Notes: generated by a model from the letters alone, not told the origin. DNA of 41,655 nt from Hyphochytrium catenoides (GCA_900088475.1 FLMG01003751.1:1-41655), one strand, 5' to 3'. Positions 1 through 14,590 are shown, numbered from the stretch's first letter. Program-made: numbers and translations.

Positions 1-34
1 GGACGAGCGCTCTTCTCGCAGCAATGGCTTCAAA

Positions 35-1473
<1,439 letters not shown>

Positions 1474-1842
1474 AGTGGAAGGAACCCCGGCTCTTTTATC
1501 CTTACACTAGACGAAACCTCTACTTGCCCTGGGCGGAATAGTCGTGCCCATCGCTCCTCTCCGTTGAGTAGTCCAACAAACACGGAGACAGAGACCTGCA
1601 ATACTTCTTTGAGGAAAGCTTGTTCATGTCTGTCAAAAGTCAGAGAAAAGAAAGGGGGGTTGGTTCTCTCGAGCACAAATAGGCGCGACGCACGGACAGG
1701 CATATCGCAAGACAGACACCGGATGGTCTTCTCACATGGCCACCTTGCTGCTTTGGGAGAGAAGAGAGGCCTGCAACCTCTTCTGTTTGAGAGGATTACG
1801 GCTCTTTTGGAAGCAGAGAGAGATCTGACCTCTGGTGAACCT

Positions 1843-2877
1843 TTAGGAGGACTTCCTTGCCCGTTTCTTGGCAGGTCTTTCATCTTCAGAGGAGGAAGAG
1901 TCAGAGTCTGAACCCGATGTACTGCTATCACTGCTTGAGTCACTCTCGGAGCTACTGCTGGAAGCCGAAGACGAGCTAGAACCGCTTTCAGATTCGCTTT
2001 CACTATCACTGCTGCCGCTGCTGCTGCTGCTTTCACTGTCGCTGCTATCAGAGGAAGAAGAGGATTCGCTTGAGCTTGTCTCCTCTTTTTTCTTCTTCGT
2101 TTTCTTCTTTTTGCCAGCAAGCTTGTTCTGTGCCTTCTCTTTTGCTTCTTGCTTCAACTTCTTCTCCAGCTCGTCAGGAGGAAGCTCAAGGTGGAACTTC
2201 CGCAGCTTGGGATTTTTGAGCTATTGAGGGACAGCAAGAGGAGTCAGAAGTAGTCTAAACGGCATAAGGTTCTTGGAGTCCCTTCTGTTTCCTCTCTCTA
2301 TTGACCCGACCAACATGTATCATCCGAGAAAGCAGCCTTCCAATGAATTGTGCTGATGTGCCGCCTTGTCACAGATTCTCTTAACTCCTCTCTGTTAGCA
2401 TGGCAACACCCTCTACGTAGCTCTACCTTGCAGAAGGAATGGCATCTGTAGTCACTCTCTCACGAGACCTTTCTGGCTATCATCCTTCTCTCTTGGGCCT
2501 CGCTCTCTGTCCCCTGGCCAACTCATTGACATGCCCCTGCCATATTCCCCACTACGCCTCTCTGGAGGCCTTGAACGCCTTCTCTATCTCCCCTGCACTG
2601 GCCTTACCAAGCTCTAAGATAATCTTAGCCTCATTTCCAACTATTTCATCCCTACCTCCTTTGTCTTCGAAGCTCTGGAGATGTAAATGGGCTCCGCCTT
2701 GCACTCATAGGTCCAGTGCCCAGTCTTTAAACACTTTTGGCATTGCTGTCCACTGCCTCCGCCGCCCTGACTTCGTCGGATGACCTTGTTTCCCTCTGTA
2801 CTTGTCAGGTACATATTGGCCTTCGCCTCTTTCCGCTGCGCCCAGCGGCTCATTGGTCGGTCTCCAGTCTCTGCCAT
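1843..2877 (-). CDS. ZCCHC10: ZCCHC10-like zinc-knuckle protein with Lys-rich and Ser/Asp-rich tail, 2 exons (2877-2656, 2220-1843)
   Basis: CQKCLKTGHWTYEC knuckle followed by YISRASKTKE|LKNPKL, then a poly-Ser/Asp tail ending RPAKKRARKSS*. The intron is canonical and in phase. Confidence 0.85.
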
Positions 2878-3809
2878 TTTACCGGTAGAAATGGCTCCTT
2901 CGAAAGGAGCGAGGGCAGCAGGAGATAGAGCCAGAAAAAGAGAAAGAAAGTCCTGCCCGAGACCCGAACTGTGAAGGACAGAATCGCCACAAGAGAGAAC
3001 TTTCAGCAGCTGAGCTTCGTCCCCTATGTGAGACTTATTCTCCGCATCCACAAAGAAGAGAACCTTAGTAACAATGAGGGAACAAGGAGTGAGAGGGAGA
3101 AGAGGGAGCGAGAGACCGTTCAGTTGTGAAGCTTCTCAGCGACGAAGAAGAAGCTTCTGAAGCTTCGAAGAGTCACGCTGTCGAGGAGGAACAGAAAGGC
3201 TGCTAAAGAGGTCGCAGGGATGAACTGGACGGCTGGCAACTGCTGAAGATCGACACAGATTCAAGCTAGGGAAGGCACACCGCGCTAGAAAGAGTGCTCG
3301 TGAGCTTTACCAGAATTTTCACTAGATTTAAGGATTATTATGAAGTAGAGCAATTTTATAAGCCAGAGTGGTTCTGTACTAGACAGAGTGTACAGGAGAT
3401 ATGGTAGGCGGCAAGCTGCGCACAAACCCCAACAAAGCTCTTTCCAGCCCTCCCCCAGGGGCGAGGAATCAGAATGAAGCTCAAAACCAGTTCAGAAGCA
3501 GGTAATCATAGTAATACCCACCTGACCCTAAGGCTAGTTAGGCCGCTAAATGGAGTAGTAATACAGTGTGTAGGGGAGTTGATGGCGGCGTCAGGACAAC
3601 GAAGCTCGGCGGTTCCTCGAGGCGCGTCTGAGGTCTGAACGGCGGATATCGGTAATTTTCTTCCCCCGACCTCTGTCTCTCTCTCGATCTGGAGAGCTGG
3701 GAGCACGTAGTAGAAGCTGTGGGGAAGCAGAGCTCAAGGTCACTTTGAAGTTAATCTACCGAAGGGAGCAGCGCTTCATAGGCGAAGACCTTTAGTGCGT
3801 GGTGTGGGA

Positions 3810-5989
3810 ATGTCAAGAAGCAGCTCTGGAGCGGGAGGTAAGAGCATAGGCGGGCCAGACCTTGGCTTTCCCGTGATCTAAGGTTGTGGGCCAAAGACGG
3901 CACTAGACTGACTCTTTGTCTTGCTGTTTCTATAAACTCTGGCTGTCGCTGCCGTCTGTCACGCGCTTTCAGAGGTGGCTCCTCTCCACCAGCGTGTCCT
4001 GGTTGTCGCTGTCACTTCAATTGTAGCCGAATTCATCTGGCGCCGCCGGCAATACCTCTTGGATTTTCTGATAATGAGAGAAAGCGGCTTTTTGGCGTAC
4101 ATCCTCTCGTCGGTCATCGCATACTCCTTCATATTTGCGGGTCTCTTTGGCATTGGCCAGATTATTAGCAGAGTTATCTCTACCGCGCTCTCAGGCAAGC
4201 AGAAAAAGAGAAAGATGGGGAGTAGCAGCAGCAAGGAAAAGGACGAAGCCGTTGCAACCCGGCAGAAGAACGAGAATGGGTCAACCTCCTCTAAGGCTCC
4301 ATCTTCCCCTAAGCCAGCTGCAAAGATTCCTGATGTATCAACAGCAGCTCCTGCTGTGGTCGAATCTGAGAAGTCTGCCACCAAACAGGCTCCAGAGAAG
4401 GAAGAATCTCCGTCTTCACCAGGAGAGACGACAAAGGGGTCGACAACTGGAGATTTGTCAAACAGTCAGGATTTCGCTGAGATTGACGCGGTTCTTTTGG
4501 GCAATAGAGAAGAGCCTGGAGCATTTGAGAGGGTGCAGCAGCAGCTGGAAGCAATGGAGAGGACTGGTCCAGTCCTTGGTGAGTGCCAAACTTCCCCATC
4601 GTTCAGGGACCCCTGCCCTCTCTCTTTCTCTCTCACTCCCTGCTCCCTTCCGCGCTCCCTCTCGTCACTCTTTCCCATTGTCCCTTCACAAGCTTTACAT
4701 TGCCTCTCTCGCTTCCTCTGGGTTCCCGTTCTCACGGAGGTCACTCTCGCTGCTCTTGATAGCCTCTTACTAACCCTTGCCCTTCAGCTCGATTGGCACA
4801 AATAACTTATTGGATTGGAGAATTTGCAGAGTCTAAAGCAGAGAAGGATGAAATCTTCACAGAGGTGACGATTAAGGCTGGCACACTTGTCCTTCTCCGT
4901 CGTTGCCTTCTCTGTGCCTTTTTTCAACCTTTATTGTCCAATCGCCCGTTCTTGCCTCTTTCAATATGCTCGTGCTCAGGACATCGGATCTTAGAGGAGA
5001 CTTTCTCGGTGTTTAAAATCTCTCTTTTGCTGGTCCAAATGGCTTAGGAGCCCGTTTCCTCTTCTACTGCCTACCTGTCATCTGGTGGCGGTTGTCTCCC
5101 GCCACTTATAACCGTTGTCCCTGTAGGCAGTCAGACTGGGCCAAGAAGCAGTGAAGAAGGCTCCAGACTGCTTTGAGGCTCGCTTCTGGTACGCTGTAAG
5201 CATGGGCTCACACGCGCAGGTCAAGGGAATGATGAAGAGTGCACAGTACCTCACACCCTTAACAGAGCACGCCGAATGGGCCTATAAAGCTAAACCAGAA
5301 TACTTCCAGGTACTGCCGAGACAAGCATCTTTTGGTCTGCATCCCAAGGAGTTCCCCGGTCTACCTGCCTTCTCCGGCTGCATGCCATGTCACATAGATG
5401 GCTCTCTGTCCTCTCTCAGTCGTTGCCATCATACTTTGTCCTTCACTGACCTCGTAAATGTTCTCCATGATCCGAACTCCCGGAATCCAATAGGGTGGCC
5501 CTTGCAGGCTATGGGGTGGAGTGCTGCTTGACTCACCTCCATGGCCCATCGCCGTTGGAGATAAAAAGAAAGCTCTTCGAGTCTTACAGCAGGGCATTGA
5601 GTTGGGGCCTGGTGAGTGAACGACAAGAATATGCACGGTGGACAGAGAAGAATGCGAGGATCCCCGAGAAAGAGAGGGTATAAGAGGATGGCATCCAGGC
5701 AGAGCGAGTTAGAACAGATAGATAGAAAAGAAAGAGTTGGGAAGGAAAGAGACACAGCGGGTAAAGGGCGACCCTCTCATGCAAACTTTGCTCTTCCCAA
5801 CCTGCAGACTTTCCACAGAACTATCTGCTCCTTGCTCGCGCATACTATGCTAATGGAGACAAAGCCAACGCTCTGGAAGCCCTGAGGGAGCTCTCATCAC
5901 AGAAGACACCGTCCATTAACGCAGGATTCCATGGCAAGATGCGCTGGGAGGCTCAGGATCTCATTGCTCAGTATTCCAAGGATAAGTGA
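3810..5989 (+). CDS. N-terminally membrane-anchored TPR protein (RMDN-like or bacterial TatT-like TPR), about 6 exons
   Basis: Short exon 1 (ATG 3810) splices in phase to 3973. Two hydrophobic segments, an S/P/E-rich linker, then helical repeats ARLAQITYWIGE..EAVKKAPDCFEARFWYAVSMG..GGPCRLWGGVLLDSPPWPIAVGDKKKALRVLQQGIELGPDFPQNYLLLARAYY..AQYSKDK*. Confidence 0.75.
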
Positions 5990-6727
5990 GAGCATAATAT
6001 TGTACACCACCTTGAGGAGAGAAAAGAGAGTTGGCAGCAGTGGCAGGGGCAAAATGTTGACATAGGGAAAGAGCCATCGCGCTGAGAAACCTTCAAGCGT
6101 CTGTCGCAGCGCAAAACAATGCGAGACACTAATCACTACTGCGGGACAATAGTCCGCGTGAGGGGCCATAAGATGCCTAACCTCTCCGTAACCTCAATTG
6201 ACTCCTCAATCAATGCGGCTGAGTCTCTCTTTGTCTTGTCTGTCATCGATATTCACCCTTGACCTGCAGGATCCTCTGTCTTCTATACAGCGTGAAAGCT
6301 GAGGACATCTCTGCCCGTCATCGGTCCGTCTCTGTGTTGATGCTCTATCACTGTTGTGCGGCAGATGGTGGCCGAAGAACCGCTTGCTTCTCTCTCCCTC
6401 AACAACCCAAACGAAGATTCTGATGATTCGAGCCGTTAACGTCGGAGCCCGAGCCTGTTGCTGGGAGCTCGTTTTTGAAGATTTTCGTCTCTCTTCTCGA
6501 GAGCCCGATGGGCTGTCGTTTGCACCTCACGCTGCACATCATCTGTCTGATGCTCTGAACCGCTGACGGCAGAGAGGAAGTTGGGAGACAGAGAAAGAAG
6601 AACCGAGGATCTGACAGCCTGTACAGCAAGTTATTTGTCTACGTTTTGACGGTCATCCGGGGCAGAAGAAAGCGTAGTCTCAATTGGAGACCATTCCTGG
6701 GTGGCAAGGCTTTCCTGGGGTTCAGCC

Positions 6728-8615
6728 ATGGTTGCTGGGCCTGACCTGACCCGACATCTGCCGCAGCTGTACAATGAGGCAGTCTACGAAGAGACAGTGA
6801 CGCGGCAGGCTCGCCTGCAGGAAGCAATCATCTTTTGCCTCAAGTTCTCGCCATGTGGCAAGTATCTGGTCGCAGCAACTAACTTCGGAACCATAAATGT
6901 CTGGCACTTACCGAAGTATATGGTAAGTCTAGACTATCTAGTTAACGAACTTGAAGAGAGCCGACTAATCAGCCCTTGGTGCTGCGTAGGATGAGCAGTT
7001 CTGGAAGGACAAGGCGCAGGGGTAAGTGGCAGGGCACTTATAGCAATGTTTATAGCCATGCATTCTTCTAGTACCTCACGGTAGTCCGTAGGAAGCATCA
7101 TCCAGCTCCAGACTGGTCTTTTCAGGCTCATCGTGGCGCCATATATTCTTTAGCCTTTGTCAGTCGTGGCTCTTCCACAATACTAGTCAGGTCCGTGGCA
7201 AGGCTCTTGAAGAAGAGCCATGGCGTGGCATCTAACTGGAATGTAGTGGATCAGATGTTGAGACACGTGCTTGGAACTGGAAACTGCTGATCACAGGCAT
7301 ATCAGACGTTCCAGGTGAGACATTACCAGGGGTTCCACTGCAATTCTTGCGTGCTGCTTTACTGATGCGACAGACAGGCACAACGCCGTTGTGGGACTTT
7401 CGAGTGCCAGCGGATGGCAGCTCCAGATATGTAACCCGTCCTGTGGCTGAGACCAATGGCATCGCCTATATGGAGGAGGTTGCTCTTTTGCAATGCGTTG
7501 TCCACTTTCTTCCATGCTTACGCTCAGCTGTGTTAGTTAGGGCATCTGTTGCTGGCGGCTGGCGATGGCAACGCCTATTCTGTGGACTTGGAGACGCAGA
7601 CCGTAGTCAAGAAGTACGAAGGTAGTGCCATATCGGGCCTTGATCACCGGGCTATCTGCTAACACCGCTATGCAGGACATAAGGACTACTTACACTGCAT
7701 ACTGAGAATCCCAAACTCCAGTTTGTTCGCGACCGGCTCAGAAGATGGCAGAGCTGGTGTCTGGGGTAAGTCCGAAGCAAGTTGACTCTTCCAACATTGT
7801 GCTTCTCAGAGCTTCATTGGCTTACCGCGTCCTTGGTCTGCTCTTAGATGTCCGCTCTTCTAACGTGACGTTCTTGGACGGAATTCCTACTGGTACCTTT
7901 TCTGGGAGCTCCCGGTAAGTTGCAAACGTCGGTAATGGCGCAAGAACATAATGGCAATGTGTCTTCCTGATCTCTGTTCGCTCAGATCTTCGAGGCAGAG
8001 AAGCTGGGTGTCTTCGCTGGCTGTTGATAGTACTGGCAATTGGTTGGTAAGTAAGGAGAGATTGCTTTGGACTCCCTGGCGCCATCCTCACTTGGCTACT
8101 TCGGCTTACAGACGACTGGTGTCGGGATTCAAGGCAGCAAAAGCACGTCGCATGGAGTTTGGAGTGTGTGGCACGTGGGCTCGATGACTGCCACCATAGT
8201 CAAAGAACATCCATCTCGAATTCAAACCCTGACTTGTTATTCGGACGATGAAGAGGTACCAGCATAACGGAGTCATTCGCTATATAAGTTTGACCAAGCT
8301 ACATCGTTGTTCATAGGTTATAGTGGGCGGCAACGAATCCTCGTTGAGCTTCTATCGGCGGTCCACGAGCGACCTGCGGACCAAATTTGCCACATCTTGC
8401 TCTTCAGTCTTTGCGGCAGCTCATAACAGTGACGAGGAATGTGAGGTAAGATTGTCCAATACTGGTCTACTTAGACTTTCTACCGTATAATGGCATCTCA
8501 TCTTTGTCATGTCGCCAAATTGTCCTCGCAGGTCATAGCGGTCGGTGGAGCTTCTTGCTTGGTCGATATCTTCAGCAGCCTCGGCAACAAAGCCTTCTGC
8601 TTTAGATGCTGCTGA
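6728..8615 (+). CDS. THOC6: THO complex subunit 6 (WD40 repeat protein), many short exons
   Basis: Spliced motifs FSPCGKYLVAATNFGTINVWHL, AHRGAIYSLAF, PVAETNGI, LAAGDGNAYSVDLET, GHKDYLHCI, TGSEDGRAGVWDVR and terminal VIAVGGASCLVDIF match THOC6 hallmarks. Confidence 0.85.
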
Positions 8616-9011
8616 GCTTTATCTATGAAGTTTTCATATTTATCAGAGGTTACCGGGTCTTCAGACTGCAGCCCTAAGAGCGGCACCCACTTTTATCATC
8701 AACTCTTTGCCTCTAGGCATCTGGAAAAAAACTGTATAATATTACTAAGTTAACTAGCGGCCCTTGCCTCTGTTCTTTATCCATAAACAAGTTCAGAGAA
8801 GTCACAAAGAAGAATCAAAAATAGCCATGCAGCTGTCTCCTCATAAGGGAAATGGGAAAGCGGGAGGACGAATGAATTAACTTCGTCATTCACCCGCAGC
8901 TCCGGAGACTTGACTTTCGAGCTCAACACTCCCACACTTTAGAAGTCTGGGAGATTTGGACCAGAGCTCTCCAGTTTGCAAAACACCTTCTGGGTGAACA
9001 TTGTGTCCTGC

Positions 9012-10325
9012 TCAGACAGCCAGCCGCACCCTTGCATTCACAATGCTAGGCAGATCTCCGACTGTCTGGTAAGCGCTAATATGTTCATGTCGCCGGGTAG
9101 GACAGCCTTCAGTGCTTGTTTCACTCTGTAGGCGGTCTGTGTTGATCCTCAATAGCGCGCTCATCTTTGAAGCTTTCTTTCTCGGCCCTGGGGTCTTCAA
9201 ACAGTAATCTGAGAGGTCTGAGCTCCGTCCCCCATGGAAAGAGTAGTCTTTGAGCCGCTTATGTGGCAGTTCCAGGTCTGGGTGCATGACCTTGGCACGA
9301 AAGTGCAGAACCTTCTTGCCTGCCTTCGGCGGTGAAGCCTCATCTGCATCAGCGGGTCCTGAATCTGTCTCCGTGCCTCTCCAGTACTTCTCAACCCATG
9401 AAATGCGGAAATCTGAAGATTCTGCCGCTCGTAACCTGGCGCATGCGAGAATGTATTTGTTGAAGTTGGGCGAGATCTGGACGACACCGAACGCTTCGAT
9501 CCCTCGGGTAAGCGTAGCGATCATTGGATCGATAGCTTGATAGATGCTAATCAGTGCCTTAGGGAATCGGAAAACTTGAGGTGCTCTCGGATCAATCTTC
9601 ACATTAAGAGAACAGCTTGGCTCCTCAAGCTCAAGAAGATCTGTCGTGCAGCGGATGTTCTCATCCATCCGGATAGACGATGCCACTGCTTCCCCTACTT
9701 TGAGTTGAAACAAAGTTCTTCTGTACTGAACCATCATCCGAGCCCGCAAGCCCCGGGTCCGTAGAGCTTCAAGGACATCTGAGGGGGCTTCATCATTCCG
9801 GATCCATGGATCTGCAAACAACTTCCGGGCACAAAGCACGGAGATCTTGTGTCGCAATACCTCCGTCGGGACGCCTCTGTGATATATCTGCTTCTCGATT
9901 ACTAAAGTAGACTCAATTGATCGCGATTCCCATCGGATGCAATAAAGCTCTCCAAACTCTAGCTCTCTTACTCTCTCCAGACAACATGAGAACTCATCGT
10001 CATCAAAGAACACAACGTTCTGAAGACCAAGAAGAGTGCAATGCATCCGGAGACCCAATCTGTCCTTGAGTTTGGCGGCATTCCTGGCACTGATATATAA
10101 CTTCCTCCTCATGAAGCGGTTGTACGTTGGGTGCACAGATTTGCCAGCGGGTTCCTCATGGTAGGATGACCGTCGCTGATACTCTGTTCTTCCACCGTCT
10201 AGTGCCTCTAGACTCTGTTTTCTCATGCTTCCTCGCCTCGATGGCGTCTGAAAGCTGATAACTCGGTTATTGACCTCCTTCTCCTGCATACAGAAGACTC
10301 GGCCAAAGAAGCCTTTAATCGCCAT
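9012..10325 (-). CDS. Standalone, divergent VTC-domain protein (Vtc4/Vtc2-like CYTH/TTM tunnel fold), apparently intronless
   Basis: 437-aa ORF. Ordered motifs RRKLYIS..KLK, VVFFDDDEF..ER..GELYCIRW, LVIEKQ, LRARMMVQYRRTLFQL, SIRMDENI, FPKALISI, PNFNKYILACARL parallel the VTC motifs KYWV, SIYFDN, RLRWY, FVERK, YNRTAFQL, RISLD, FPYAVLEVK, PKFSKF. Confidence 0.75.
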   Translation of the reverse strand: MAIKGFFGRVFCMQEKEVNNRVISFQTPSRRGSMRKQSLEALDGGRTEYQRRSSYHEEPAGKSVHPTYNRFMRRKLYISARNAAKLKDRLGLRMHCTLLGLQNVVFFDDDEFSCCLERVRELEFGELYCIRWESRSIESTLVIEKQIYHRGVPTEVLRHKISVLCARKLFADPWIRNDEAPSDVLEALRTRGLRARMMVQYRRTLFQLKVGEAVASSIRMDENIRCTTDLLELEEPSCSLNVKIDPRAPQVFRFPKALISIYQAIDPMIATLTRGIEAFGVVQISPNFNKYILACARLRAAESSDFRISWVEKYWRGTETDSGPADADEASPPKAGKKVLHFRAKVMHPDLELPHKRLKDYSFHGGRSSDLSDYCLKTPGPRKKASKMSALLRINTDRLQSETSTEGCPTRRHEHISAYQTVGDLPSIVNARVRLAV

Positions 10326-13300
10326 TTTGCGGCGTCTTCGCTTAATTCCAAACCAAAGAATCGCTTTAGTTTGTCTGTCGATGCTGCAGTCCGCGTTGGA
10401 AGGATCTCAAATGACGGAATCCACGCTTCTGCTCCTCAGAGCCACTTCGTCAGACGCTTTGAAGACTCTGCTGGGATCTTGCTGATTGGAAGGTGTCTGG
10501 AAGTCGTACTGCTGAACAGTGAAAGACTAGCTCTCACAGAAGGTAGGTAGTGCGAAATAGTTATAGGGGCTTCAGCAAGCCAAACACTCTTGAGAACTGA
10601 CAGCCGTCTCAAGGTCAACCTCACCGGATTGACAAAGAGAAGCAATAACTTTCTCCACGGAAGGGCCCCCAAGCTGAAAGGTTCAAGCACTCTGGCCTGA
10701 CCACCGAGAGTCCAATAAAATGTATGAAGAAGGCGGTGACAGCGGAACAGAGGATGCTGTTAGAAAAGTAGAAGGGCAGCTAGCTTTGTACCCACTGCGT
10801 CTCTCGAGGGCGTGATGCGAAGCTTCATCTGGCGCACAAGGGAAAGGGGAATATAAATGGAGGACCTTGCCATTTTGGCCCCATGGCTTTGGATACGAAG
10901 ACACTGATGTTAGTGAAGGAAGGCGGGAACTCTGGCTCAAGGATTGCACTGCTTCCTCCTAGAGTATTATGACAGGGAATAGAAGGCCGAGAGTGGCGAG
11001 AGAGAATGGGCAAAAACAGAATAACACAAAAACGAAAGAAAAGCTGTGGGGGAAAGGGCGTCAGGTACAAATATAAGGGGAACGAGCGTGACAGAGTTTC
11101 TATGTGAGGATGGAGGGAAAGCAAAAGCCTGGGGCTCTGGGTAGGAGAGACAAAAGGGACTCCTAAGAAACAGCCCGAGCATTATTACTCCAGTGCATTC
11201 CACTATCCCCTAATTCTATGCATAGGATTCTTATTGGCCATGCCGCGCATTATTTTGGAGAAGAGGATACACCCTGATTGGCTGGCAAATCTTAGGACAT
11301 TCTTGACCAAGGCGCGTCTTTGGGCGAAACTAACATGTAAAAGTTATTATTGACACTTTACTGCAAAAATAACCACCTTTCTATTTATCAATACTTCGAG
11401 GGCAACTATGGTAAGGTTTATTAGTGGTAGAACAGCTGTCTATTTGTCAAATATCAGTTGACAGGTATTATTTTGACCTTAGCGAAGATGACAGGCGGCA
11501 TGACCAAAGTCCTACAAAGACGCCAGCCCTGGCGTGTTAGGAACTTTTTCCAAGGAGATGCGGGCTTCTGTGTCCCGCAGCTGCGCAGGGCAGACAGCTC
11601 ATTTAACCCATAGGTTTATCATAGACAACCAGATTTTTCATGGAAGACATCCTACCTCCTGAAAGCTTCATGAATGGCTTGAGCCCAGATCAGTCATTGG
11701 GAAGAGGTTGAAGGTTTGGACGGCTCATGGTGAGTGGTCTCCTAGCTTCCTCTTCTCAGCCAATATTTTCCCCTCAGAAATTTCTTCCTTCTTCCTTTGG
11801 TCTCTTGCTCTGCCACCTAAGCTACAGCCAGTCAGAAGATGACATCTCTTATCAGCACTACTACTACTGTTATTCTCTTATCATCACTGTTTCCTTGCAC
11901 TAGGAACTACTACGTGAGTAGGAGGTATTCTTTCTAATATAAACTTTAGCTCTGTAAGTATAGTTCTATCTAGCGTCCGATGTGATTGCCTCAGAATGAC
12001 ACAGTGTATCTCTTGTTGGCTTGTGGGCAGCTAGAACTATTATATTAATCTGAAAGCTTTGGCTCACTAAAAGTCTGAAAGTCCTCTTGGGCCGGCCGCC
12101 AAGTGTGCCTTGCGGAAGCGATGCACAAGACAGTTTACTCGTCCTTTCAATACCCATCATGTTCCTAGGTAACTCATTACCACTTTGTTTCGATGAGCGT
12201 CTTTAGTATTACTTATATGCACCGTAACATGTGTATTATGGCACGAGCTCCTTGGTCGTCTGGCCTCGCTTAAGCCTCGCTTAATGCTGCTGCTGGGTCA
12301 GAGGATACTCCTTGATTCCGCAAAAAAAAAGTGCTACGTCTCCCGGCTGCAGTGGCTGAGGAGGAGTAAGAGCTAAGTAACGGATGTGCACTAACAGCCA
12401 AGGCAGCAAGCTATCCAAACTCTTGCTAGAGGAGACGCAAGAAACAAGCGGAGATGGTGGCAGTGATTTATAGAAAGCCCTACTACGCACGTGGGATCTT
12501 TGATGGGTAGATCCTCCAAACAGCCACAGCAGGCGGCCACGAAGAAAGTGCCACTAGTCCACGCTCCTCAACAACAAGCCGGGCGTCCTATAGTACTCTC
12601 AGCGGTCGGAGACCCTATCTTTTTGCAGATGGCTGCTCTATCTCCCAGCTAGCCGTCGTAGAGTCTATCTCGCTCCACATCTTATCAGAGATCCGGCAAT
12701 AAGTTGATGAACCTCTCTTATTATCAGCTGTCCACTAGAGGTATGTTGTTGCTACTAATAGCGGTAAGCAGAACTGTACATGCGGACATGGCTCTGCGTC
12801 GTCTCCCATCTTATTAATATTCTATACCCACCACCATCAGTCTACTAGTCTACGCCCCAGTATTCACTCGTGATGGCAAGAAGTTTGGTTACCCATACCT
12901 CCCGTTTGTGGCGTGCAATGTTTATAAGCTCTTTCCTTACAGTTGAGCATATGGTACTATCTCTCAGGCTCAATCGACGTAGGCGCACCGCACCGCTAGC
13001 ATTTGAAAAGTAACAAGAAGAAAGCGTTCCACGAAAGGGCTGTTGTCGGATGAGTTTAAGGGCATTCAAACATCAACATTGGCTTCAGGAATATATAAAA
13101 TAGTAAGGGAAACAATCATCTTTCACGTGTATCTACTTTGTCAATCTTCTGGCGATTTAATGGATGCCTATACGAAAAAGTAGGCCAGCATACCACCAGT
13201 GATAACCACATCTTTGGTAGCATCCGTGACCACAAAGTGCAATGGGCAGCAACTTCTTGCGGACCATCGACCAGGCAGATAACAAATAGCTACGCACGAG

Positions 13301-14526
13301 CTCCGTCCGCCCATGGCAAGTGTGGCGTTCGTCCACTCAAGCCATCCCCTTGAACGTGGTCGCTACTTGGGATATGCTGTCCAGTAAAGAGACTAACAAG
13401 TGATTAGTATCTATGTAGGGTCTATCCCCTTCCTCTCTCTTTCTATTAGTACTAAAAATGTCTCAACAATGCAGATAGTGTCGGGTCAGCGCTGTGTCCT
13501 ACTTCCCACGGCCGTTGCCCTTGGAAGAAGCCCATCATCATCACCTGCTGCTGCGCTCTACTACTACTGCTGAGCGCAGTACGGGATGTTTGCGTCCTCC
13601 TCCCACTGATACTCATCAATGATGAACAAGAAGACATGAACAGAGATCCAAGTGCTGGCCTCCAAACTCAATGACATGCTGCTTTTTAACAGGAGTCATC
13701 TGCTTCTTCCTTGCAGTAGTTACTGGTTCATCACTTAGAAACGCCTATCTTTTGTTGTTTGGTTGTGAGGAGGAGAGTCCGTTCATCAAAAGTGCCACTT
13801 GCCGCTTGTTGAAGGTGCGCTTGACCTTGATGAGTAACACTTGGGAACACCCGCCTTTGAAGGCTGTCAGGTACGGGGCAAATAAGAGAGACAGAGTGAG
13901 GTAGAGGTGTGAAACAGAGTGAGGTGGGGCAGATCAAGCAGAATAGATAATGGTGGAACAGGTGAGATAGTTCTGGTCAAGGTAGAATAAACCTAGGAAG
14001 ATAGTCAGAGTAAGAAACGGAGAGACAGAGCGCATAGTTATGAGAAAGTGTTTTGGCAAAGAGACAGAGGAGCAAGAGGGAGAAAAAAGCGGCAGCAACA
14101 AGAAAAGAAGGTCAACAAGGGTTCTTGAGCACAGAGAAAAGACAAGGAACCTTCGTCTTATGCAAGCAGCACCCACCCGCCCCGCGGGACGGACGGAGAG
14201 GTGGATGTATGAGTAATAATAAGGGCTTTCCTCATCCTAGACTCCACCCACCCCGCTTTGTGGTTTGTTGTGGTCTTCTACAGGTACACTCGGATATTGC
14301 CTCATTCCGAATAGGAACGCTAATGCTACCACTCTTTACTGTACTGTAGGAACCTTGGGTACTTCATTACGCTATATTCTGGATGTGTATAAAGTAGGCA
14401 TCACTGGCTCTCCCACCCCACCCGCCCTTNNNNNNNNNNNNNNNNNNNNNNNNNNNNNNNNNNNNNNNNNNNNNNNNNNNNNNNNNNNNNNNNNNNNNNN
14501 NNNNNNNNNNNNNNNNNNNNNNNNNN

Positions 14527-14590
<64 letters not shown>

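Noticed and set aside
11660-11735. Fragment LHEWLEPRSVIGKRLKVWTAH followed by a GTGAGT donor-like site
   Set aside because: An in-frame stop lies immediately upstream and no partner exons were found; at most a relic.
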